Source: Bacillota bacterium
Lineage (GTDB): Bacteria > Bacillota > Clostridia > Christensenellales > UBA3700
Length of the DNA: 64,000 bases
Assembly: GCA_023396095.1 (NCBI GenBank)
Contig: JAEWXG010000012.1
Location: 97,718 to 161,717, forward strand
Reading direction: 5' to 3'
Each line of letters opens with the position of its first letter. Position 1 is the stretch's first letter. Both the position numbers and the translations under genes were made by a program. The notes under the pieces are model-generated. The model was not told the DNA's origin. It saw only the letters and a program-made list of their open reading frames with translations, and did no database searches. This document shows, in pieces, positions 8,864 through 16,575 of this stretch.

Positions 8864-11135
8864 AATCTTTTATTCTAATTGCATCCACCAATATAGCAAT
8901 TGCCTCTATCCTCATGAGATAGATGTTACTGATATTGAATCTTTAAAGAAAGCAGTATCTTTCGATTACGTGTGTGCGAAATATAAGGATAACTATAGGT
9001 CTATCGCAAATTTCACTTCTTCTAATTGTATTGGAGTAGATTTTGATAACGATCATTCTAATAATCCTGAAGATTGGGTTACATCTAATTCAATTAAAGA
9101 AATGTTTAGTGGTGTACCCTATTTAGTTCACTATTCTAAATCACATATGAAACCTAAAATTGGAGCATGTAAAACCGAATATGGCCCTAGACCTAGATTT
9201 CATGTCATTTTCTTAATTGATGAAATAAATAATGCTGATGAATATAAAGCCCTAAAAGATAAATTATTTGATTATTGTCCTTTAATTGATCCAATGGCTA
9301 AAGACTCAGCAAGACTTCTGGCAGGAACACCTAATCCTATAGTTGAATGGCATGATGGAACTATCACATTAAATCAATTTTTAGATGATGTATTTAGTGA
9401 AAAAGCATTTGAAGAATTAGGTGAAGTTATACCTGAAGGAAATCGTAATGCTACGATGCATAAGATTGCTTGTTCTTTACTAGTTAAATATGGAATTACC
9501 GAAGAATCTAAATCTAAATATAGGGAAGCATCAAAAAAATGTAATCCCCCACTAGAAAAGGATGAATTAAATACAATTTGGAAGAGTGCAGCTAAATTCT
9601 ATAAGAATAAAGTTGTTACTAATCCAGAATATAAAAAGCCTGAAGAATATAACAGCCAATCTGTTATAAAGTGGGATACCCCTATTCCATTTGAAAAACC
9701 TAAATTACCTACATTTCCTGTAGATGCATTACCTAAAATTATAAGAGATTATGTTGTTGCGGTAGCTGAAACAACACAAACACCTGTTGATATGGCTGCT
9801 ACTGCTTCACTTGCTATTATGTCTTTATGTATGCAAGGAAGATATAGAGTTGAAGGTAAAGTGGATTGGGATGAACCAGTTAATCTATATACATTAATAA
9901 TTGCCGAACCTAGCGAAAGAAAATCAGCCATTATTGGTTTTATGACAAGACCGGTTAATGAATATGAACTTGAATACAATAGATTAAATGGTGCTAGATT
10001 TGAGTCATCACGTATTCATAAATCAGCGCTTGAAATTAGAAAGAAATCTATTGAGTCTCAATTTGCTAAAGGCAAAGTTACTGATATAGAGGTTGAAGAA
10101 ATATCAAAGAAGCTACATGACTTTAAAGAATTAAAACCTAAGAAGATTTATGTAGATGATATTACAACTGAAAAGCTCGCATCAGTACTTGCTGATTCAG
10201 ACGGTAAAACAGCCGTTATTTCAACAGAAGGTGGTATATTTGATGTTTTAGCTGGTATGTATAACAAAAGCGTTAATATTGACGTTTTCTTAAAGAGTTA
10301 TTCAGGAGATGCAATTAGGATTGATAGAATTGGACGTCAATCAGAACTAATTCAAAAACCAGCATTAACAATACTTCTTTCTGTTCAACCAAGTGTCCTA
10401 TCTTCACTTATTAGTAATACTACATTTGAAGGTAAAGGACTTACTACTAGATTCTTATATGCATTACCAGAATCATTAATTGGTAAAAGAAAATTTAACA
10501 CTTCTCCTATTCCATCTGAAGTATCACGTCTATATGACATGAAAATTAAAGATGTATTAAATGAAGAAGAAAACTTAATTGATAATCAAATCATTAGACA
10601 AAGTAAGGAATCAAAATCTTTATTTCAAGCGTTCCATGATGAAAATGAAAAAATCATGGGTGAAGATACTGAAATAAAAGCATGGCGAGGAAAACTAGTT
10701 GGTAATGTTTTAAGAATAGCTGCACTACTTGCAAGATTTAATATGGATCGATTTAATCCATTCTTTGATGAAACACCTGAAGTTATCGTATCAAAGGATG
10801 ATATGGCTAATGCTATTACAATTGGAAAATATTATATCGAGCATGCGAAAGCTTCATATTCACTTATGGGAATAGATCCTATTAATAAAAAATGTGAATA
10901 TGTATTAAGCAAAATAAAAGAACATAACTTCTATGAATTCGCAAATAGAGATATCACAAGAGCTTGTGGTACTAAAGACTTACGAACTTTAGAAGGAATG
11001 TTACCGGTTTTAAATAGATTAATTGAATATGGATACATCCAGCCTAAAACTGATAAAAAGAATAATACTTCATATTTAACTAATCCAATAATATTTAGTC
11101 AAAACAATAAGGAGGAACAAAATAATGATGACTAG
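8844..11135 (+). CDS. AEP-type primase (PriCT-like middle region) fused to a DUF3987 helicase-like domain
   Basis: IGVDFDNDH and PRFHVIFLI are AEP primase motifs. NATMHKIACSLL...NPPLEKDELNTIWKSAAKFY is PriCT-like. FPVDALPKIIRDYVVAVAETTQTPVDMAATASLAIMS is typical of the DUF3987 N-terminus. The ATG at 8844 follows GGTG; the track start at 8838 is a GTG. Confidence 0.75.
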   Translation: MMKISYKIFYSNCIHQYSNCLYPHEIDVTDIESLKKAVSFDYVCAKYKDNYRSIANFTSSNCIGVDFDNDHSNNPEDWVTSNSIKEMFSGVPYLVHYSKSHMKPKIGACKTEYGPRPRFHVIFLIDEINNADEYKALKDKLFDYCPLIDPMAKDSARLLAGTPNPIVEWHDGTITLNQFLDDVFSEKAFEELGEVIPEGNRNATMHKIACSLLVKYGITEESKSKYREASKKCNPPLEKDELNTIWKSAAKFYKNKVVTNPEYKKPEEYNSQSVIKWDTPIPFEKPKLPTFPVDALPKIIRDYVVAVAETTQTPVDMAATASLAIMSLCMQGRYRVEGKVDWDEPVNLYTLIIAEPSERKSAIIGFMTRPVNEYELEYNRLNGARFESSRIHKSALEIRKKSIESQFAKGKVTDIEVEEISKKLHDFKELKPKKIYVDDITTEKLASVLADSDGKTAVISTEGGIFDVLAGMYNKSVNIDVFLKSYSGDAIRIDRIGRQSELIQKPALTILLSVQPSVLSSLISNTTFEGKGLTTRFLYALPESLIGKRKFNTSPIPSEVSRLYDMKIKDVLNEEENLIDNQIIRQSKESKSLFQAFHDENEKIMGEDTEIKAWRGKLVGNVLRIAALLARFNMDRFNPFFDETPEVIVSKDDMANAITIGKYYIEHAKASYSLMGIDPINKKCEYVLSKIKEHNFYEFANRDITRACGTKDLRTLEGMLPVLNRLIEYGYIQPKTDKKNNTSYLTNPIIFSQNNKEEQNNDD

Positions 11136-11511
11136 AACAGATAAAAATATCGCCTGGGATGTTATTTCAGGTATGTTAGGTAGAAGAATAAAAAGAAATA
11201 GTGATTTTACATTCATGGTTGATGATCACTATAGGCTTGAAATTAATGTGCCATTAAGACAAGACAAGGATGAAGTTATGCTAAATGCAGAATTATATTG
11301 TGATAATGGACCAGCTATATATGTAATTGAAGGTATTCCATCTGATGAAATATGGCAAGTAACTGATGGACTTGATGCCATCATAAATAATCTTAAATCT
11401 AAAATCATAACTGATGCCGATAGAGAATTACAAAAAAACGATGGCTATATGTTTTTAAGTTTTAAAGAATTTCAGTCACATTTGTCACGTGTCACAAACA
11501 TGTACAAATAA
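11125..11511 (+). CDS. hypothetical protein (128 aa)
   Basis: AGGAGG RBS 9 nt upstream and an 11-nt overlap with the primase gene. No recognisable motif. The 3' end encodes an internal GTGACA-type array. Confidence 0.5.
   Translation: MMTRTDKNIAWDVISGMLGRRIKRNSDFTFMVDDHYRLEINVPLRQDKDEVMLNAELYCDNGPAIYVIEGIPSDEIWQVTDGLDAIINNLKSKIITDADRELQKNDGYMFLSFKEFQSHLSRVTNMYK
11474..11495 (-). repeat. internal hexamer array (3 boxes, spacing 9 and 7 nt) in the same orientation as the right element end
   Basis: The plus strand reads AGTCACattTGTCACgTGTCAC; the reverse complement is GTGACAcGTGACAaatGTGACT. Confidence 0.7.
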
Positions 11512-11778
11512 TTATTGATGCCTCTTCCCTCTAGAATATATTTTCTAGGGGGTAGGCCCCATTCTATCTCTGGGACTAAATTATAGGACATCGGCCTGGG
11601 GTTTCACGCGCAACTTCGCGAAATCAAAGAGGGTATATCCCCCTATTCGTTAAAACACTATTTCTGATTTTCAAAGTCCTAAATTTGCCGTTATTTCGCT
11701 ACAATTTGAAATACCTATAATTAGCCGTAGAGGTCTTAATAACTTGAAATAATCGCACATAAGGAGGTTTAACGGGAA

Positions 11779-12162
11779 ATGAACGATAAAGAAAGAAATA
11801 AAGTTATTAAATTAAGAAATCAAGGTGTAATGCCTTCTGAAATATCTAAAATTACTGGAATAAAGATAGAAACAATCAAATCTTATTTCAAACGACATAA
11901 AAATTTATTACCTAAAAGTGCTACTTGTAAATACTGTGGTAAGAAAATAGTTTCTATTAGAGGTAAGAAAAATAAAAAGTTTTGTTCGGATAAGTGCCGC
12001 ATGGCTTATTGGAATTCACATCCTGAGCTTATTAATAAACAAGCTTACTACAAATTAACATGCGAATATTGTGGGAAGGAGTTTTTAAGTTATGGAAATA
12101 AAAGACGTAAATTCTGCTCAAGGGAATGCTACAAGAAGTCTCTTAGAAAAATACAAATCTAA
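11779..12162 (+). CDS. HTH (sigma-70 region-4-like) protein with two FCS-like zinc-ribbon modules
   Basis: AGGAGG RBS. The N-terminus VIKLRNQGVMPSEISKITGIKIETIKSYFKRH looks like an HTH. It is followed by CKYCGKKI...KFCSDKC and CEYCGKEF...KFCSREC. Confidence 0.65.
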   Translation: MNDKERNKVIKLRNQGVMPSEISKITGIKIETIKSYFKRHKNLLPKSATCKYCGKKIVSIRGKKNKKFCSDKCRMAYWNSHPELINKQAYYKLTCEYCGKEFLSYGNKRRKFCSRECYKKSLRKIQI

Positions 12163-12366
12163 TAATCTTATTGTTTATAACATAAGCATAACAATTCTTG
12201 AGGCACTACATAAAAATGGTGTTTTAAATGATGAAGATTTCATAGATTCTTCTTCTTTAGTTGCAGCTAATCATGGGCTTAAAAATACCTCAATTTTCGT
12301 ATCAAATTAACTTGATATAAATCCCCTTTAGAGTGATATATATGTATGACCAAAAGGAGGATTATC

Positions 12367-12570
12367 ATGGATAATTTAAAGCAACAATTATTTAAACTTT
12401 GTGAAGAACACAAAACCAGTACTGAGGGGATTAATTACTTAATCAAATATTATATTAATTCCCTCGGCTGGACTGAGGAGGAAGCCATTAAATATGCAAT
12501 AAAACTATTTGATAATGGCACCATTGATGAAATAAAAATTATAGGAGGTAACGATGGACAGGATAATTAA
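12367..12570 (+). CDS. small hypothetical protein (67 aa)
   Basis: ATG 12367 lies 6 nt after AGGAGG. It overlaps the first recombinase start by 17 nt, which suggests coupling. Confidence 0.45.
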   Translation: MDNLKQQLFKLCEEHKTSTEGINYLIKYYINSLGWTEEEAIKYAIKLFDNGTIDEIKIIGGNDGQDN

Positions 12571-13885
12571 CCAAGTTGAATTTAATAATCAAAATAACAA
12601 TAAAATATTAAGTGTTGCTGCATATGCTCGTGTATCAGTAGATAAAGAAGCTATGCACCATTCACTTGTAGCTCAAATCGATTATTACAAACAATTAATA
12701 GAAAACAATCCTAAATGGAAATTGTATGACATTTATGTTGATGAAGGAATTACAGGTACAACTGAATCGAGAAATTCATTTCAAAAAATGATTGATGATG
12801 CAATAAATGGCAACATTGATTTAATCATTACAAAATCAATTACTAGATTCGCCCGTAATACTGTAACTTTACTTGAAACAGTTAGAAAGCTTAAAGCTAA
12901 TAACATTGAAGTATATTTTGAAGAACAAAACATTCATACCCTATCAAAAGATGGTGAACTTCTTCTAACTATTCTAGCATCGTATGCTCAAGAAGAATCT
13001 AGATCAGTTTCAGAAAATATGAAATGGAGAGTTAAAAAGAATTTTGAAGAAGGCTTATCTTGGGGTACTCATCTATATGGTTACAAATATAAAGATAACA
13101 AATATGAAATCATTCCCGAAGAAGCTAATGTTGTTAAAAAGATATTTGATTTATATCTTGAAGGTAATGGTGTTCAAGCTATTACTAAAGCACTTGAATT
13201 AGAAGGCATAAAAACCAGAAATAATATTCCTTTCTCTAAATCAACAATTAGAGCCATGTTATCAAATGAATACTATACTGGTGATAAGATACTTCAAAAG
13301 ACTTATAGAAAAGATTTTATTTCCAAAAGAACCCTAGCCAACAATGGAGAACTTACTAAATATTACGTTGAAAATTCTCATGAAGGTATTATTTCTAAAG
13401 ATGATTTTAATAAGGTTCAAGAAATGTTAAAAGCCAAAAAAGATAAAATCAATTGGAAAGTCGATAAGCCATTAATATTACCATTTAGTGGAATAATTGA
13501 ATGTGGTTGTTGTGGCAAACATTATTCAAGGAAAACGACTCCATATAAGCATATTTGGCTTTGTAGAACCGTTAATGATAAAGGAATAAATGAATGTAAT
13601 TCTAAACAGGTTCCAGAAGAAATATTATTTGAAACTGCCAACAAAATATTAGGTACTACTTCTTTTGATGAAAAATTATTTATAAAGAAAATAGAAAAGA
13701 TTATTGTTCAAAAAGATAACATCTTAACTTATTCATTTAAAGATGGAACATCAAAAGATATTAAATGGGAAAATAAATCTAGAAGTCTTTCTTGGACTCC
13801 TGAAAAGAAAGCTAAAGCACGCCAAAGAACATTAGAACAACATAAACAAAGGAGGGATACGAATGGCGAAAGTAACAGTAATTAA
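12554..13885 (+). CDS. large serine recombinase 1 (443 aa)
   Basis: Resolvase catalytic domain AAYARVSVD...TKSITRFARN...AQEESRS, a recombinase domain, and the zinc ribbon CGCCGKHYSRK...WLCR. GGAGG RBS. Confidence 0.9.
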   Translation: MDRIINQVEFNNQNNNKILSVAAYARVSVDKEAMHHSLVAQIDYYKQLIENNPKWKLYDIYVDEGITGTTESRNSFQKMIDDAINGNIDLIITKSITRFARNTVTLLETVRKLKANNIEVYFEEQNIHTLSKDGELLLTILASYAQEESRSVSENMKWRVKKNFEEGLSWGTHLYGYKYKDNKYEIIPEEANVVKKIFDLYLEGNGVQAITKALELEGIKTRNNIPFSKSTIRAMLSNEYYTGDKILQKTYRKDFISKRTLANNGELTKYYVENSHEGIISKDDFNKVQEMLKAKKDKINWKVDKPLILPFSGIIECGCCGKHYSRKTTPYKHIWLCRTVNDKGINECNSKQVPEEILFETANKILGTTSFDEKLFIKKIEKIIVQKDNILTYSFKDGTSKDIKWENKSRSLSWTPEKKAKARQRTLEQHKQRRDTNGESNSN

Positions 13886-15437
13886 GCCTACAATTAATCC
13901 ACATACTCATATTTCAATTAATGCACCACATAAAAGACGTGTAGCTGCATATGCTAGAGTTTCAACAGATCAAGATGAACAATTCACTTCATATGAAGCT
14001 CAAATTGATTATTATACTAAATATATAAAAGCTAATGATGAATGGGAATTTGTAAAAGTATATACTGATGAAGGTATTAGTGGTACATCTACAAAAAGAC
14101 GTGATGGATTTAAACAAATGATTGATGATGCTTTGTCAGGCAAAATCGATTTAATTGTTACTAAATCAATATCTCGTTTTGCAAGAAACACTGTTGATGC
14201 ATTAGTTAATATTAGAAATTTAAAAGATAAAGGTGTTGAAGTGTTTTTTGAAAAAGAAAACATTTATACCTTCGGTACTGGTGGAGAGCTTCTTCTTACC
14301 ATCATGTCATCAATTGCACAGGAAGAATCTAGATCTATATCAGAAAATGTTACTTGGGGTAAAAGAAAAGCATTTCAAGATGGAAAAGTAGCTCTTCCCT
14401 ATAAATGCTTTTTAGGTTATAAAAAAGGTGAAAATGGTCTACCTGAAATTGAACCTAATGGTGCAGAACTTGTAAGAAGGATTTATAGGATGTTTATTGA
14501 AGGTAAAAGCCAATCAACAATTGCTAGAATCCTAACTGAAGAAAAGATACCTACTCCAGGAGGCAAAACAAAATGGCAATATAATGTCATCGATTCTATT
14601 TTAAGAAATGAAAAATATAAAGGTTCTGCACTTCTTCAAAAGAAATATACAGTAGATTTTCTAACTAAAAAACTTAAAAAGAATAATGGTGAAGTAGCAC
14701 AATATTATGTTGAAGATTCTCATCCAGCAATTATAGAACCTGATGAATGGGAACTAGTACAAGCTGAACTTGAATTAAGAGATGAAACTCAAATAAGGAA
14801 CCGAAGAGATAATGTATTATCTGGTAGAGTCATATGTGCTGATTGTGGTTCTATTTATGGACCTAAAGTATGGCATTCAAATGATGCATATAGACATGTC
14901 GTATGGCAATGCAATAATAAGTTTAACGGCACTAAATGCACTACTCCTACTCTTGATGAAGAAACAATTAGAAATGCTTATTTAAAGGCATTAAACATTC
15001 TTTTAAAAGATAAAGATAAACTCATTTCTAATCTCCTTCTTGTTAAAGAAAAACTACTAGATGTTAATCTATCTAAGCCTATTGAAAAAGCCAAGAATGA
15101 AATGCTAGTAGTTAGTGGTTTATGTGACCAACATGTTTTTAACAAAGAAAAGAAATTAAAGAACAGCCAAGAATACATGGATGAATATATTGAACTAGTA
15201 AAAAGATTCACTGCAGCACAAGATGAATATGGAAGATTAATTGATGAACAAGTAACTCGTAATAGAAAGTCAGTTAAACTACAAGCCTTCATTGATGAGA
15301 TTAAAAATGCAGATGCACTTAATCTAGAATTTAATGATAGACTCTTCAATTTAACTGTTTTAAATATTAAAGTACATAAAGAAAACCATCTCGAATTCAA
15401 TTTCAAAGATGGCTCCATAATTAATATTGATTTATAG
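13863..15437 (+). CDS. large serine recombinase 2 (524 aa) with a long K/E/L-rich (coiled-coil-like) C-terminal region
   Basis: AAYARVSTD...TKSISRFARN...AQEESRS, then CADCGSIYGPK...WQCNNKFNGTKC. It is a paralogue of recombinase 1 and overlaps it by 23 nt. AGGAGG RBS. Confidence 0.9.
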   Translation: MAKVTVIKPTINPHTHISINAPHKRRVAAYARVSTDQDEQFTSYEAQIDYYTKYIKANDEWEFVKVYTDEGISGTSTKRRDGFKQMIDDALSGKIDLIVTKSISRFARNTVDALVNIRNLKDKGVEVFFEKENIYTFGTGGELLLTIMSSIAQEESRSISENVTWGKRKAFQDGKVALPYKCFLGYKKGENGLPEIEPNGAELVRRIYRMFIEGKSQSTIARILTEEKIPTPGGKTKWQYNVIDSILRNEKYKGSALLQKKYTVDFLTKKLKKNNGEVAQYYVEDSHPAIIEPDEWELVQAELELRDETQIRNRRDNVLSGRVICADCGSIYGPKVWHSNDAYRHVVWQCNNKFNGTKCTTPTLDEETIRNAYLKALNILLKDKDKLISNLLLVKEKLLDVNLSKPIEKAKNEMLVVSGLCDQHVFNKEKKLKNSQEYMDEYIELVKRFTAAQDEYGRLIDEQVTRNRKSVKLQAFIDEIKNADALNLEFNDRLFNLTVLNIKVHKENHLEFNFKDGSIINIDL

Positions 15438-15465
15438 AACTCTAGTTTTGGTGGCTAGAGTTTTT
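15438..15465 (+). terminator. intrinsic terminator after recombinase 2
   Basis: AACTCTAG (15438-15445) pairs with CTAGAGTT (15455-15462) and runs into TTTTT. It starts immediately after the TAG stop. Confidence 0.65.
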
Positions 15466-15469
15466 AATT

Positions 15470-15500
15470 TGTCTCGTTTGTCACGCGTGTCACGTGTCAC
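15470..15500 (-). repeat. right terminal hexamer array (mirror of 5982-6012)
   Basis: The plus strand reads TGTCTCgttTGTCACgcgTGTCACgTGTCAC; the reverse complement is GTGACAcGTGACAcgcGTGACAaacGAGACA. Confidence 0.85.
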
Positions 15501-15589
15501 GTAGGGGTATATGTAAAAATTGATATTTACTCCTATAAGTATTCTTATATATAGTAAGTAGTAGTTTAACGAATAATAATAATTTAACG

Positions 15590-15747
15590 ATATAATTATA
15601 TATATTACTATCTATATACCTATAACTACTACTATTTTTATACCTAAGGCAACAATAATTATCATAATTGCTATAAATATTGCAGTTTTACCCATATATA
15701 AAGAAAAAAATAGCCGATATTTTCGTATCAGCTATACTTAACTCTAA
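15590..15747 (+). repeat. right copy of the diverged direct repeat; contains the tRNA-Leu terminator
   Basis: See 5508-5660. The minus-strand hairpin AUAGCUGAUA-CGAAAA-UAUCGGCUAU followed by a U-run lies just 3' of the tRNA. Confidence 0.7.
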
Positions 15748-15831
15748 TGGTGCGACCAAAGGGACTTGAACCCTTATGTTATTCAACATACGCTCCTCAA
15801 ACGTACGCGTCTGCCATTCCGCCATGGTCGC
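15748..15831 (-). tRNA. tRNA-Leu (anticodon GAG), class II with long variable arm, CCA encoded
   Basis: Hand fold of GCGACCA-TG-GCG-GAATGGCAGA-CGC-G-TACGT-TTGAGGA-GCGTA-TGTTGAATAACAT-AAGGG-TTCAAGT-CCCTT-TGGTCGC-ACCA. All stems pair, with one G-U pair. Confidence 0.9.
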
Positions 15832-16575
15832 TTAAATAGTTAATAATACAGGGCAGTGATCACTCCCCTGCAAATCATTTAAAATTTCTATTTTTTTAAC
15901 ACGTTCCACATCTTGATTATTAATTAAAAAATAATCAATTCTCCAACCTACATTCCTTTCACGTGCTTTAAATTTATAAGACCACCAAGTATATTTTTTT
16001 ATTGCATCAGGAAAAAAATGTCTGAAAATATCAGTAAAGCCAGACTTTAATATTTGAGAAAAAGACTCTCTTTCTTCAAAACTATACCCAGCACTTCCTT
16101 CATTACTTTTTGGATTTTCTAAATCAATCGGTTTATGAGCAACATTTAAATCTCCACAGAGAATTACTGTTTTATTAAATTTGTTCATATAATTTTTTAA
16201 AGCGAGATCATAACTTAATCTATACTCAATACGTTTTAATTCTGGCTGCGCATTAGGCGTATAACTATTAATCAAAACAAAATCATCATATTCTACTACA
16301 ATTGTTCGCCCTTCAATATCAAATAGTTCATTTCCTAAGCCTGTATTTATTTGATTAGGTTTTATCTTAGAATAAACAACTGTTCCAGAATATCCTTTCT
16401 TTTGTGCGTTATTGAAATATGCATAATATCCTTCTAGTTGATATTCATTTTCAATTGAGGACAATTTGGTTTCCTGCAAACAAATAATATCAGGATCTAT
16501 TTTTTTAATCTCTTCTTTAAAATCCTTTTTTAATATGGCTCTTAACCCATTTACATTCCAAGTTAATATTTTCAT
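15832..16575 (-). CDS. xth: exodeoxyribonuclease III
   Basis: 247 aa: MKILTWNVNGLRA...CLQETK...GDLNVAH...WRIDYF...GSDHCPV. These are typical ExoIII/AP-endonuclease motifs. Confidence 0.9.
   Translation of the reverse strand: MKILTWNVNGLRAILKKDFKEEIKKIDPDIICLQETKLSSIENEYQLEGYYAYFNNAQKKGYSGTVVYSKIKPNQINTGLGNELFDIEGRTIVVEYDDFVLINSYTPNAQPELKRIEYRLSYDLALKNYMNKFNKTVILCGDLNVAHKPIDLENPKSNEGSAGYSFEERESFSQILKSGFTDIFRHFFPDAIKKYTWWSYKFKARERNVGWRIDYFLINNQDVERVKKIEILNDLQGSDHCPVLLTI

Larger units (their letters stand above)
5661..15747. mobile_element. integrated, probably replicative/mobilisable element (~10.1 kb) with tandem large serine recombinases, inserted at the 3' end of tRNA-Leu
   Basis: Gene content: Fic, excisionase-type HTH, AEP primase-DUF3987, two serine recombinases. 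Strand polarity switches relative to the flanks. It is bounded by the diverged direct repeat and the tRNA 3' end, and has a mirrored hexamer array at each end. The outer limits are uncertain; the core defined by the arrays is 5982-15500. Confidence 0.75.

Noticed and set aside
14978-15418. 146-aa minus-strand ORF inside recombinase 2. Similar cases are 62050-62454, 63410-63865, 51328-51690 and 16760-16984.
   Set aside because: They are antisense to well-supported genes and have low-complexity S/L/F-rich translations with no RBS.
5661-15747. Prophage or conjugative-element interpretation of the island
   Set aside because: There are no capsid, portal, terminase, tail or lysis genes. There is also no relaxase, coupling protein or T4SS gene. 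10 kb is too small, so a replicative, mobilisable or satellite-type island fits better.
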